Counted from the stretch's first letter, positions 54,674-64,000 are shown. The stretch is 64,000 nucleotides of DNA from Candidatus Beckwithbacteria bacterium GW2011_GWC1_49_16 (GCA_001029675.1 CP011210.1:320193-384192); one strand, 5' to 3'. Program-made: numbers and translations. The notes: generated by a model from the letters alone, not told the origin.

Positions 54674-55224
54674 TTAAGCAGCCAATATGGCCAGATAAGA
54701 GAGAGAATGAAAGTAAAGTTGTCAGGGGCGTAAAAGGCTAAAAACATAAAAATAGTGGTGTCAAACAACTGGCCTGAAAAGTTTGACAGATTGTTTCTAA
54801 GCCAGAGGCGCTTTTTGCCCAGTTTTTGACGAATTTTTGAAAAGATGTAGATGTCGAGTTGCTCTGAAATGAAAAAAGCGGTGAGGGAGGCGAAGATGAT
54901 GCGTAGAGATTTGCCGAAAATCAGCCGGTAGGGATCATTGTCGTGGTAGCGACTGGCGGGTGGTAGGAGAATAGCCAGTAAGGTAAAAGCGGCCAAGCCC
55001 AAAAGCACATAAAAGGTGGAGCGGACAAAGCTTCTGGCTCGAGCTTTGCCGTAGACCTCGGAAACGACGTCATTGATGGAAAAGGTTAAGGGAAAAACAA
55101 AGATAGCTACGGAGGCGTTGATGACGTCAGCCACGGTGAAGATTTTGCTGCCTAAAAGTTCGGCGGCAATCACCGCAGCGACATAAATTGCCAGTAACAG
55201 ATCGAGTTTTTGGGTTTTACCCAT
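54610..55224 (-). CDS. YhhQ/DUF165-family queuosine-precursor transporter-like membrane protein
   Basis: 6-TM protein whose conserved segment VFPLTFSINDVVSEVYGKARARSFV resembles the YhhQ signature (FP.TF...D...E.YGK..AR). Confidence 0.65.
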   Translation of the reverse strand: MGKTQKLDLLLAIYVAAVIAAELLGSKIFTVADVINASVAIFVFPLTFSINDVVSEVYGKARARSFVRSTFYVLLGLAAFTLLAILLPPASRYHDNDPYRLIFGKSLRIIFASLTAFFISEQLDIYIFSKIRQKLGKKRLWLRNNLSNFSGQLFDTTIFMFLAFYAPDNFTFILSLIWPYWLLKCFMSVVETPLTYLGVKWLKQ

Positions 55225-55279
55225 GAGGGGTATTATAGCAGGTTTGCTTTTCTTTGCCAGGGTTTGCTAGACTTTTACT

Positions 55280-57859
55280 ATGGCAGGTTGGAACAGAACT
55301 TGGCGAAGAAGGCTTTTAAAGCTTAAAGCTTTTTCTAAAAACTATCGGGTGAGAAGCCGGGCGGATTTGCTGCGGCTGGTGGCTTTTCTGGGGTTTTTTG
55401 GGCTGTTGGGGGCTTTTTTGATTGGTTCGCTGCTTTTTGCCTGGTACGCCAAGGATTTGCCCCGGCCGGACCGGGTGGTCAGAAGAGAAGGTTTTTCTAC
55501 TAAGATTTATGACCGGGAGGAAGAGCTACTCTACGACGTTTTTGCCGACCAGAGGCGGACGCCGGTGACTCTGGATCAGGTGCCGGATATCTTGGAAAAA
55601 GCCACCGTTGCCATCGAGGATAAAAATTTCTACAAGCATGGCGGTTTTGACCCGACCGGATACGTTCGGGCGGTTTTTAACACCATCTTCCGCGGTCGGC
55701 TCCAAGGAGGGTCGACCTTAACCCAACAGTTGGTCAAAAATGTGCTGCTGACCCCGCAACGGACCATCGGCCGGAAAATCAAAGAGTTTGTTTTGGCGGT
55801 GCAAATTGAAAACAAGTACTCCAAAGACGAGATTTTACAGATGTATCTTAATGAGGCCCCTTACGGCGGGACGGCTTGGGGGGTCGAGGCGGCGGCAGAA
55901 ACTTATTTTGGCAAAAAAGTAGCCGAGCTTAATTTAATCGAGTCGGCGGTACTAGCCGGGCTGCCCCAGTCACCCTCGCGCTACTCCCCCTTTATTGGTG
56001 GCGACGCCTACAAGACCAGGACTTTGGACGTGTTGCGGCGGATGCGCGAGGATGGCTATATCACCCGCGACCAGGAAGAGACGGCAGTCAAAGACCTGGA
56101 AGCGGTCGAGTTTATCCCCGAAGGAGCCAGTTTCAAGGCGCCCCACTTTGTTTTGTACGTCAAGCAGCAACTAATTGAGCGCTATGGCGAGCGGCTGGTG
56201 GAGCAAGGGGGGCTTAAAGTGACGACGACTCTTGATTGGGATTTGCAAAGTCAGGCCCAGGAAATTGTCGGCAGCGAAATTGCCAGGGTGGAGAGCATCG
56301 ACATTACCAACGGGGCGGCGATGGCGATGGACACGACCACGGGCGAGATTTTGGCTATGGTCGGGTCGAAAAACTACGAGGCCGAAGACTATGACGGCAA
56401 GGTGAACGTGACTTTGTCCTTAAGGCAACCTGGGTCGGCGATCAAGCCGGTCAATTACGTCACTGCCCTCAAGCAGGGTTATACGGCGTCGACGATGATT
56501 GTGGACGCGGTCACCGAGTTTCCCGGCGGGGCCAACAATCCGGTCTACAAACCGCTAAACTATGACAACAAAGTTTCCGGGCCGGTGCAATTGAGGTTTG
56601 CTTTGGGCAACTCTTTGAACATTGCCTCGGTGAAACTTTTACAGCTGGTAGGAGTAAAAAACATGCTGGAAACGGCCTACGACATGGGTTTTGACAGCCT
56701 TGAGCCGACGACGGCCAACGTCAACCGTTTAGGGCTATCGGTGACTTTGGGCGGCGGCGAGGTACGCTTAATTGACATGGCGGCGGCCTACTCGGCGTTT
56801 GCCAACGGGGGTTTGAAAGTGGAGCCAGTGAGCATTTTGAAGGTGGAGGATAAAGACGGTAAGGTTTTGGAAGAGTTTAGGCCAGTAAAAGGCCCCCGGG
56901 TATTGTCAGAGGAAGAGGCGTTTATGATTTCTGACATTTTGTCGGACAGCCAAGCGCGTTTGAGGACGTTCGGCGAGAACAGCTTGCTTAACATCTCCGG
57001 CAGGCAGGTGGCGGTTAAAACCGGTACTACCAACGACCAACGGGACAACTGGGCCGTGGGTTGGAGCCCGGGGGTGATCGTCGGGGCCTGGGTGGGAAAT
57101 AATGATAACAGCCCGATGAAACAGGTAGCTTCGGGAGTGTCCGGGGCGACGCCGATCTGGAGGCGGATAATGCTTGAGGCTTTGAGTCAGCAGCCGATCA
57201 AAGAATGGGCGGTGCCCAATGGAATCACCACGGTTGAAGTAGATACCATATCCGGCTACAAAGCCCACGATGGTTTTCCTTCAAGGATAGAGTACTTTAT
57301 CAAGGGAACAGAGCCGGTGGGCGAAGATCCGATCCACCCGATGCTTGAAGTGTGTAAAGGCGAACCAGGGAAGCTCGCGACCGACGCCATGGTGGCCAGA
57401 GGCGACTACGACAAGAAGGAGTACATCGTGCTTAAAGCTGACGATCCGGCCGGAGGGGGAAGAAATCGGTGGCAGGAAGCGATTGACGCCTGGATTGCGG
57501 GGCAGGCTGATGAGCGCTACCGAGCTCCAACCGAGTACTGCCGCGAGGGAGAAGCAATTTACGTCGAAATTGACAGCCCGGGTGACAAGAGCCAAGTCAA
57601 CTCAAACGAGGTGACGGTCAAGGCAAAAGTGGTGGCGGATAATCAGGTTTCTAAAGTTGAGTTCTTTGTCGACGGGTCAAAGAAGAAAACCCTAACCGAT
57701 AAACCTTACGAGGTAACTTTGAGCCTTGATGACGGTCCGCACACGATCAAAGTTCGGGCCGAGGACAACAAAGGCAACGCGGCCGACCGGGAAATAAAAA
57801 TAGGCATCAACACCCCTTGGGATTTTGAAGCCTCCCCGACCCCCTCACCTAGTCCGTAA
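55280..57859 (+). CDS. Class A penicillin-binding protein (PBP1A-type: glycosyltransferase + transpeptidase) with extra C-terminal Ig-like domain
   Basis: GT51 motifs (EDKNFYKHGGFD, GGSTLTQQLVKN), transpeptidase SxxK/SxN/KTG blocks (KTGTTND), TM anchor; 859 aa with ~150-aa C-terminal extension. Confidence 0.9.
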   Translation: MAGWNRTWRRRLLKLKAFSKNYRVRSRADLLRLVAFLGFFGLLGAFLIGSLLFAWYAKDLPRPDRVVRREGFSTKIYDREEELLYDVFADQRRTPVTLDQVPDILEKATVAIEDKNFYKHGGFDPTGYVRAVFNTIFRGRLQGGSTLTQQLVKNVLLTPQRTIGRKIKEFVLAVQIENKYSKDEILQMYLNEAPYGGTAWGVEAAAETYFGKKVAELNLIESAVLAGLPQSPSRYSPFIGGDAYKTRTLDVLRRMREDGYITRDQEETAVKDLEAVEFIPEGASFKAPHFVLYVKQQLIERYGERLVEQGGLKVTTTLDWDLQSQAQEIVGSEIARVESIDITNGAAMAMDTTTGEILAMVGSKNYEAEDYDGKVNVTLSLRQPGSAIKPVNYVTALKQGYTASTMIVDAVTEFPGGANNPVYKPLNYDNKVSGPVQLRFALGNSLNIASVKLLQLVGVKNMLETAYDMGFDSLEPTTANVNRLGLSVTLGGGEVRLIDMAAAYSAFANGGLKVEPVSILKVEDKDGKVLEEFRPVKGPRVLSEEEAFMISDILSDSQARLRTFGENSLLNISGRQVAVKTGTTNDQRDNWAVGWSPGVIVGAWVGNNDNSPMKQVASGVSGATPIWRRIMLEALSQQPIKEWAVPNGITTVEVDTISGYKAHDGFPSRIEYFIKGTEPVGEDPIHPMLEVCKGEPGKLATDAMVARGDYDKKEYIVLKADDPAGGGRNRWQEAIDAWIAGQADERYRAPTEYCREGEAIYVEIDSPGDKSQVNSNEVTVKAKVVADNQVSKVEFFVDGSKKKTLTDKPYEVTLSLDDGPHTIKVRAEDNKGNAADREIKIGINTPWDFEASPTPSPSP

Positions 57860-57874
57860 ATCGCCCCCGGAGCG

Positions 57875-59875
57875 CTATCGGAGATTGCCTACCAGGTCGG
57901 CGGAGAATTTTTGTTTGAGGCTGACGACGATTTTCTTTCTTACCGGGGCGACGGCTTTGTCAGTTAGGGGTTGGGTTGGCGATTGATAAGTGACGTTAAA
58001 AGTGTAGTTTTGCCGGTAGGTTTTGGTGAGGGCGACTGCTTTTACCAGCCGGTGGCAGGAGGCAATGGCGGCAATCACCGGTCCGAGGTAGGTTTTTTCA
58101 GGCAAGGTAAAGGTGAGGTCTTCGATGATCGGCGGGTGGGGAGACAGCGGTTGGTAGGCCGGGTAGGCGCGGGAGGCTTGGCTTAAAGCTCTAAAGTCAA
58201 ATAGGGCAACGTTGACTTGTTTATGGGGAAAGCCTTCGGGGGTGAGGACTTGGCCTAGGCAGCCCAGGGTTTGATTTTTTAAGATGATAGCGGCGGTGTG
58301 GCCGTCGAGCCAGGGGGTTTTGACGGCGTTTTGGGGTTTGAAGGTAGGGGCAAGATGGAGTTTTTGCAAAGTCAAGTCAACGACGCCTTTTAGATAGCGA
58401 AAATCGTTGGTGGTGGAAAGCAAAAGCGTCAGCTTCTCCTCCGGCAGTTTGCCTGGTCTTAGCTGATAGGTATTGGCCAGCTCAAAAAAGGAGACGCTTT
58501 TGGCCTGGGGATTTTGGCCGATTGCCTCAAGATGCGAGGGAATCAACGAGCGTCTTAAATATTGCCAGTCTGCCGACAAGGCGTTTTTGATCTTGAGGTG
58601 ATTATTAATGGAAAAACCGGATTGGCTGGTCAGGGCTCGACTAACCATGGAGTTAGTGTAGATTTCGTTTAAGCCGGAGTCGGCTAAAATGTTTTTTAAG
58701 CGGTACTCGAGGTGAAAGTTTTCGTCGGGGTAATTGGTAGGAATTTGGGTTAAGGGTAGTTTAGACGGCAGTTTGTGGTAGCCGTAAATTCGGGCCACTT
58801 CTTCGACTATGTCCTCGGGAATGGCAATGTCTTTTGTTCTAAACGACGCTGGTTTGACGCTAAGTTGCTCGTTTTTGTCGATTGAAAAGAAAAAGCCTAA
58901 ATTTTCAAGAATTTGTTTGACCTTTCTGCCGGAAATGTCAACGCCAAGGCGATCTTTAATTAATTGAAGAGGTAGTTTAATTGTTTGAATTGTGGGTTTT
59001 TGGGGATACAAATCAAAGATTTTGGAAGCGACTTTAGCTCCGGTTAACTCTTTGAGAAGCATGACTCCCCTTTTCAAGGCGGTTGAGCCGAGTTCCGGGT
59101 CGACGCCTTTTTCGTTTAAGGTAGCGGCGACGGTTCTTATTCCTAAGGTCATTGAGGTGCGGCGGATCTTAACCGGGTTGTTGGCTTCAAGGAAGAAGAT
59201 AATTCTTTTAGTGTCGGGGGTGACGACACTGTTGGCTGTACCGATGATACCGGGCAGATCGATGATTTCGCCCGAGCCGTCGTCAATAACGATATCTCCC
59301 CCGGGCAAGGCGTAGGTTTTGTCTTCCAGAGAAGTAATCTTTTCCCCCGGTTTGGCCTTTCTTAAAAGGAGGCTGTGGGAGCTTACCCGGTCGTAGTCGA
59401 AAACGTGGGTGGGGTGGCCGACTTCGGTCATGACATAGTTGGTGACGTCGACGACGTTGTTTAGCGATCTTAAACCAGCGGCCTCGAGGCGTGATTTAAT
59501 TTTTTGGGGTGACGGGCCTAAGCTTACCTGGTCTAAAACCACGGCTAAAATTCTGGGACAAAGCCCATTAGGGTCTTTGACCGTAAGGGGAAGCGGGGTT
59601 TGGGGCGGAGAAATGGGATCAAGTTTTGGGGGTAAAAAAGCGGCCTTGAAGCCAAATTGGGGCAAAATGGCGGCGGCTTCCCGGGCGATGCCCAAGACAG
59701 ACATCATATCGACCCGATTGGTGGTGACCTCGATATCGTAAATGGCGTCGCCGGCGACGGATCTTATCTTTTCCACCGACGGGCCGCACAGGGACAGAAG
59801 CTCACCAATTTTTTCGGAACCGGCCGAAGTCTTGAGGTATTCTTTGAGCCAGGAGTGGGGAATGGAAATGTTCAT
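57875..59875 (-). CDS. pheT: Phenylalanyl-tRNA synthetase beta subunit (short form lacking the N-terminal tRNA-binding domain)
   Basis: B1 start MNISIPHSWLKEYL, B3/4 block (TTNRVDMMSVLGIAREAAA), B5, catalytic-like and C-terminal anticodon-binding domains; 666 aa. Confidence 0.9.
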   Translation of the reverse strand: MNISIPHSWLKEYLKTSAGSEKIGELLSLCGPSVEKIRSVAGDAIYDIEVTTNRVDMMSVLGIAREAAAILPQFGFKAAFLPPKLDPISPPQTPLPLTVKDPNGLCPRILAVVLDQVSLGPSPQKIKSRLEAAGLRSLNNVVDVTNYVMTEVGHPTHVFDYDRVSSHSLLLRKAKPGEKITSLEDKTYALPGGDIVIDDGSGEIIDLPGIIGTANSVVTPDTKRIIFFLEANNPVKIRRTSMTLGIRTVAATLNEKGVDPELGSTALKRGVMLLKELTGAKVASKIFDLYPQKPTIQTIKLPLQLIKDRLGVDISGRKVKQILENLGFFFSIDKNEQLSVKPASFRTKDIAIPEDIVEEVARIYGYHKLPSKLPLTQIPTNYPDENFHLEYRLKNILADSGLNEIYTNSMVSRALTSQSGFSINNHLKIKNALSADWQYLRRSLIPSHLEAIGQNPQAKSVSFFELANTYQLRPGKLPEEKLTLLLSTTNDFRYLKGVVDLTLQKLHLAPTFKPQNAVKTPWLDGHTAAIILKNQTLGCLGQVLTPEGFPHKQVNVALFDFRALSQASRAYPAYQPLSPHPPIIEDLTFTLPEKTYLGPVIAAIASCHRLVKAVALTKTYRQNYTFNVTYQSPTQPLTDKAVAPVRKKIVVSLKQKFSADLVGNLR

Positions 59876-59880
59876 GAAAT

Positions 59881-60933
59881 TTAAAATTGATTCAAAAATT
59901 CTAAGTTGCTGGAGTAAAGCAGGCGGATGTCGTCAAGATTGAGGCCCGGTTTTAAGGTGTAGCAGCGTTCGATACCCCAGCCAAAAGCAAAGCCGGAGTA
60001 AACCTTAGGATTTAGTCCTCCGGCCTTCAAAACGTTGGGGTGGACCAGGCCGGCACCGCCGACTTCGTGCCAGCCTGATTTGCAAAACCGGCAGCCGCGG
60101 CCCAAGCAGTGGACGCAGGAGAAGTCGACCTCGAAAGACGGTTCGGTAAATCTAAAGTTAAAGGGGCGGATGCGGGAGCGGGCTTTTGGCCCGTAAAACT
60201 CGCGGGCAAAGTGGTTTAAGGTGCCTTTAAGGTCGGGAATGCCGATGTGACGATCGACCACCAGGCCTTCAAACTGGTGGAACATGACGGTGTGGGTTCG
60301 GTCTTGCTGACGCCGATAACATTTACCGATGTTGAGCATCCTGATGGGCGTCTTTCCGGGCAGGGTTTTTCCCGCCCGCTCCATTTCCCTGACTTGGCCG
60401 TTTGAGGTGTGGGTAGTCAGGACCATTTTGCCCATTTTTTTATTTTCTTCAGCGTCGATAAAAATGGTTTCCCATTCATCCCGGGCGGGGTGGTCTTCGG
60501 GCATGTTTAAAGCCTCAAAAACGTACCAGTCCCAGTCGACTTCGGGGTAGCGGACTCGGGTGAAACCGAGACGTTCAAAGATGCGGCTGACTTCTTCGAT
60601 AGCCTGGGTGATGGGGTGTAAATGACCTGAAGGAAAGGTTTTGCCCGGGGCGGTGACGTCGAGCCAATCTCTGGGAGCGGGAGAGAGCTTCAGGGTTTTT
60701 TGTCTTAAAGCCTGGGTGATGGCGGTTTTGGCCTCGTTTAGTAGTCTGCCGGTTTGGGCTTTTTGGTCCGGATCCAAATCCGAGAGGTTTTTTAACAGTT
60801 GGTTAACCTCGCCTTTTCTGCCTAAAAACTTGACTTTAAGCTCACTAAGCTCCTTTTTGGTTTCGGCCTCGCTGATAACGGCCAGGGCTTGGTTTTTGAG
60901 GTTTAAAAGGTTACCGGCGTCCATCAGTGTCAC
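59881..60933 (-). CDS. pheS: Phenylalanyl-tRNA synthetase alpha subunit
   Basis: Class II motifs 1-3 ([11 protein letters not shown]..., [10 protein letters not shown]...[10 protein letters not shown]); 350 aa, directly upstream of pheT. Confidence 0.9.
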   Translation of the reverse strand: MTLMDAGNLLNLKNQALAVISEAETKKELSELKVKFLGRKGEVNQLLKNLSDLDPDQKAQTGRLLNEAKTAITQALRQKTLKLSPAPRDWLDVTAPGKTFPSGHLHPITQAIEEVSRIFERLGFTRVRYPEVDWDWYVFEALNMPEDHPARDEWETIFIDAEENKKMGKMVLTTHTSNGQVREMERAGKTLPGKTPIRMLNIGKCYRRQQDRTHTVMFHQFEGLVVDRHIGIPDLKGTLNHFAREFYGPKARSRIRPFNFRFTEPSFEVDFSCVHCLGRGCRFCKSGWHEVGGAGLVHPNVLKAGGLNPKVYSGFAFGWGIERCYTLKPGLNLDDIRLLYSSNLEFLNQF

Positions 60934-61274
60934 TTTTTGACCTTGTCAACTACGGCTTTGAAAGTGTCGGGGTCGGAGACGGCCAGCTCTGCCAAAATTT
61001 TGCGATTGAGGTCGATTTTAGCCTTTTTTAAGCCGGAGATGAAGCGAGAGTAGGAAAGATCAGAGTCGGTCAAGGCGGCGTTTATTCTTTGGATCCAAAG
61101 GCGGCGAAAATCGCGCTTTCTTAGTTTCCGGCCGTGATAGGCGTACTGGCCGGCGTGGAGGGTGGCTTCCTTGGCGACTTTATAAAGCCGCGAGCGGGTC
61201 ATCCGATAACCTTTAGTCTGTTTCAAGATTTTCTTGTGGCGGGCGCGTCTTACGGTGCCGGTTTTGACTCTCAT
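60930..61274 (-). CDS. rplT: 50S ribosomal protein L20
   Basis: [23 protein letters not shown] is a canonical L20 N-terminus. Confidence 0.9.
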   Translation of the reverse strand: MRVKTGTVRRARHKKILKQTKGYRMTRSRLYKVAKEATLHAGQYAYHGRKLRKRDFRRLWIQRINAALTDSDLSYSRFISGLKKAKIDLNRKILAELAVSDPDTFKAVVDKVKK

Positions 61275-61483
61275 ACTCCGAGCATGATTTTTATTTTTTT
61301 GGCGGTTTTGCCGGAAACTTTTTGGGGGACTTTACCGCGGCGAATGTTTCTTTTGCTGCGGTTGGCCTTAAGGTGGCGGTTTTGGGCGCCACGGCGGATG
61401 ACTTTGCCGGTCCTGGTGACCCGGAAGCGTTTGACTACGGACTTTCTGGTTTTGAGCTTGACCCGCTTATTTTTTTTAGCCAT
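61271..61483 (-). CDS. rpmI: 50S ribosomal protein L35
   Basis: Basic 70-aa protein [23 protein letters not shown]...; infC-rpmI-rplT operon position. Confidence 0.9.
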   Translation of the reverse strand: MAKKNKRVKLKTRKSVVKRFRVTRTGKVIRRGAQNRHLKANRSKRNIRRGKVPQKVSGKTAKKIKIMLGV

Positions 61484-62006
61484 TTTTGTCGTTGTCTTTC
61501 TTTCTGGGAGCCATGGTGGTCCAGAGGAGTTTTCCCTGGAGTTTCGGTGGTGACTCCTGGGTGCCGTATTCGGAAAGGCCGGCGATGGCGCGATTTAAGA
61601 TTTTGTCACCAAAATCTTTCCTGGTGATTTGGCGGCCGGTGAATTTGACGGTGAGTTTGACCTTGTGACCCAACTCCAAAAATTCTTTTAAGCGCTCGAT
61701 CCTGGTGTCAAAATCGTTTTGGGCGATAAAGGGGGTGAAGCGAATTTCTTTTTGGTCGGTGGCTTTGGTTTTTTTCTTGCTGCCTTTTTCTTTTTGAGTT
61801 TGTTGGTATTTGAATTTGTTAAAGTCGATGATTTTGACTACCGGGGGCTTGGCTGTTTCGGCCACCAGGACTAAGTCGCTGCCGGCTTTTTGGGCCAAAG
61901 CCAAGGCCTCGGCTTTGGTCATGACGCCGACCTGGCCTTCGTCGGCGCCGATGACGCGGACTTGGTCGTAAGGGATATAGTGGTTAACTTTGTAGAACTT
62001 TCTCAT
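61476..62006 (-). CDS. infC: Translation initiation factor IF-3
   Basis: IF-3 N-terminus (YDQVRVIGADEGQVGVMTKAEALALAQKAGSDLVLV) and C-domain. The true start may be a non-AUG codon upstream, as is usual for infC. Confidence 0.85.
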   Translation of the reverse strand: MRKFYKVNHYIPYDQVRVIGADEGQVGVMTKAEALALAQKAGSDLVLVAETAKPPVVKIIDFNKFKYQQTQKEKGSKKKTKATDQKEIRFTPFIAQNDFDTRIERLKEFLELGHKVKLTVKFTGRQITRKDFGDKILNRAIAGLSEYGTQESPPKLQGKLLWTTMAPRKKDNDKNG

Positions 62007-62024
62007 CTCTTTTCGGCTATTCTA

Positions 62025-63791
62025 TCAGCTGAGGCTTTTTTCTTCAATCGCGCGAACTACTTGGGCAGAAAACTTAGCCAGAGGCATAGGGCCCAAGTTT
62101 TGGTTGTTTCTGGTTCTGACTGCCACCGAGTTGGCTTGTTTCTCTTTGTCGCCGACGACTAAGATATAGGGAATTTTTTGGCCCGATGCGTCTCTGACTT
62201 TGGCGTTGAGGGTGGCGTTTCTGTCGTCGAGTTCGACCCTGATGCCGGCTTGAGTCAGGCCGGCGGCGACCTTTTGAGCGTAAGCTTGGTGGTCGCGGCC
62301 TACGGGCAAAACCACGGCCTGGATAGGCGCGAGCCAGACGGGAAAAGCGCCGGCGTAGTGCTCGATTAAGAAGCCGATTGATCTTTCCATGGCGCCGACA
62401 GATGAGCGGTGGATGACTACGGGTTGTTCGCTTTCCCCTTTTTCGTTGGTGTATTCAAGGTTAAAGCGAGCCGGCAGGCAAAAATCATACTGGACGGTAA
62501 AGGCGGTGTCTTCTTTGCCGGAGACGTTTTTCATCTGGACGTCCACCTTGGGGCCGTAGAAGGCGGCTTCGTCCAGGGCGGTTTCGTAGGGGGCGTGTCT
62601 GTCGTCAAGGACCTTTTTTAAAAGTTTTTCCGCCTCGTCCCAGTCCTGGGGTGAGTCAAAGTACTTGGTTTTGTTTTTTCTGTCGCCCAAGGAAAGGCGG
62701 TAGTAGAAGTCTTGGCCCTTTTTTAAGCCGAGGGTTTGGGAGATGAATTCGATCAGGTCTAAAACCAGGTTGACTTCGTCTTCGGCCTGGGACTTTCTGA
62801 CGAAGTTGTGCGAGTCGGCTAAGGTAAATTCGCGCACCCGGATTAAACCGGTGAGCTCGCCTGATTTTTCGTAGCGGTAGAGTGAGGCCATTTCGGCAAA
62901 CCTCAAGGGTAAGTCTTTGTAGCTTCGGGGTTTTGATTGGTAGAGGGCGAAGTGGTGGGGGCAGGTCATGGGGCGGAGAATCAGCTCTTCGTGGTCGATG
63001 ACCATGGGCGGATACATAGTGTCTTTGTAGTAGGGGTAGTGGCCGGATTTTTTATAAAGGTCGGTTTTGGCTAAATTGGGGGTTCTGACGTGCTGGTAGC
63101 CGCGACTAATTTCCTCGTCGACGACAAATCTTTCTAACACCCGCCAAATGGTGGCGCCCTTTTGGGTAAAAAGAGGCAGGCCTTTACCGACCAGGTCGGA
63201 AAAGGCAAAAAGGCCAAGCTCTTGACCGAGGATGCGGTGGTCTCTCTTTTTGGCCTCCTCTTGTTGTTCAAGATAGTCGTCGAGTTCTTTTTGAGTCGGG
63301 AAGATGGTGCCGTAGATGCGGGTTAACATGGGATTTTTCTCATCGCCGCGCCAGTAGGCGCCGGCGACGGATAAAAGCTTAAAGTGTTTAAGCTGGCTGG
63401 CGGGATTGTCGACGTGGCCGCCGCGGCAAAGGTCGGCAAAGTCACCAGCTTGATAAAAGCTGACTTTTTTCTTACCGCCCTGGGAAAACTCGTCGATTAG
63501 TTCGTGTTTGTAGGGGTTTTGGGGGTGCTGTTTTTTAGCCTCGGCGGCAGTCAACATTTTCTTGGCAAACTTGTCCCACCCGGCGACGATCCGGCGCATT
63601 TTGGCTTCGATTTTGGGCAGCTCTTCTTTGGAGATTTTTATTTGACCGAAGTCAAAGTCGTAGTAAAAGCCGTCTTTGATCGCCGGGCCGATGGCCCGTT
63701 TGGCCTTTGGGTAAAGTTCTATCACCGCCGCCGCCAACAAATGCGCCGCCGAGTGGCGGAGTTTGTCTAGGTCTTCTTGGTTTTTAGCCAT
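62025..63791 (-). CDS. thrS: Threonyl-tRNA synthetase (no N-terminal TGS domain)
   Basis: Editing-domain HxxxH (LRHSAAHLLAAAV), class II catalytic core and C-terminal anticodon-binding domain; 588 aa. Confidence 0.9.
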   Translation of the reverse strand: MAKNQEDLDKLRHSAAHLLAAAVIELYPKAKRAIGPAIKDGFYYDFDFGQIKISKEELPKIEAKMRRIVAGWDKFAKKMLTAAEAKKQHPQNPYKHELIDEFSQGGKKKVSFYQAGDFADLCRGGHVDNPASQLKHFKLLSVAGAYWRGDEKNPMLTRIYGTIFPTQKELDDYLEQQEEAKKRDHRILGQELGLFAFSDLVGKGLPLFTQKGATIWRVLERFVVDEEISRGYQHVRTPNLAKTDLYKKSGHYPYYKDTMYPPMVIDHEELILRPMTCPHHFALYQSKPRSYKDLPLRFAEMASLYRYEKSGELTGLIRVREFTLADSHNFVRKSQAEDEVNLVLDLIEFISQTLGLKKGQDFYYRLSLGDRKNKTKYFDSPQDWDEAEKLLKKVLDDRHAPYETALDEAAFYGPKVDVQMKNVSGKEDTAFTVQYDFCLPARFNLEYTNEKGESEQPVVIHRSSVGAMERSIGFLIEHYAGAFPVWLAPIQAVVLPVGRDHQAYAQKVAAGLTQAGIRVELDDRNATLNAKVRDASGQKIPYILVVGDKEKQANSVAVRTRNNQNLGPMPLAKFSAQVVRAIEEKSLS

Positions 63792-63794
63792 GGT

Positions 63795-64000
63795 TTAAGT
63801 ATAGCTGATTAAGAACCGGGTGAGAATTTTTTGGTAAGTGTTCAGGCTTTTAATATCCACCCATTCTTGATCGGAGTGGAGTCCACCGCCGATGGGGCCA
63901 AAGGTAATGCCGCCGATGCCCCTGGCGTTGAAGAGGCGAATATCAGAGCCGCCGTGGGTAGAGTAAATTTTTGGTTTTTTGCCGGTTATTTTATGAGTTG
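63795..64000 (-). CDS. M20-family metallopeptidase/deacylase (ArgE/DapE-like), C-terminal fragment truncated by the window edge
   Basis: C-terminal translation ...THGGSDIRLFNARGIGGITFGPIGGGLHSDQEWVDIKSL... matches the GG(T/S)D...FGPG...H..NE..V M20 C-terminal signature. Confidence 0.5.
   Translation of the reverse strand, partial: THKITGKKPKIYSTHGGSDIRLFNARGIGGITFGPIGGGLHSDQEWVDIKSLNTYQKILTRFLISYT

Noticed and set aside
1-64000. CRISPR arrays, rRNA genes, transposases/IS elements, prophage genes
   Set aside because: I looked for regularly spaced direct repeats, 16S/23S-like conserved strings, DDE/transposase-like ORFs and phage structural genes and found none. The only recombinase is the Xer-type gene at 28952-29920.

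Overview
This 64-kb window looks like a compact, gene-dense chromosome segment from a small-genome bacterium. The gene content (reduced domain architectures, a type IV pilus locus with no secretin, short intergenic spacers) fits a Patescibacteria/CPR-like organism, but that is an inference from sequence alone. About 75 protein genes are mostly housekeeping: ribosomal proteins, gyrA/gyrB, dnaB, recG, hisS/tyrS/pheST/thrS, RF1, EF-P, YchF, PBP1A, HtrA, CtpA, RNase III. I also identify two tRNAs (Leu-CAA, Tyr-GUA) and an L32 gene (rpmF) that the >=60-aa ORF track misses. The observations most worth a second look are: (1) a Tyr-specific T-box riboswitch leader on the minus strand (promoter, UAC specifier, GGUGGUACCG core, strong terminator) whose U-tract abuts a tRNA-Tyr gene, followed by a non-canonical TrpRS-like class-I synthetase paralog lacking HIGH, and then tyrS; (2) an 800-bp AT-rich non-coding region carrying three perfect DnaA boxes (candidate oriC) plus a dif-like palindrome, next to the only Xer-type tyrosine recombinase and the gyrB-hppA-gyrA block; (3) an AT-rich, apparently acquired divergent cassette: a MerR/GyrI-like (BmrR-type) regulator with a 7-1-7 palindromic operator and a truncated UvrA-like (drug-resistance type) ATPase; (4) an AT-rich four-gene minus-strand operon (deacylase, methyltransferase-like protein, nucleoside hydrolase, and a GMP-kinase fused to an unknown ~370-aa domain) behind a terminator-containing leader; (5) a complete pilB-pilT-pilC-pilA-pilD-minor-pilin-pilMNO locus. 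No CRISPR array, rRNA or obvious transposase was found.
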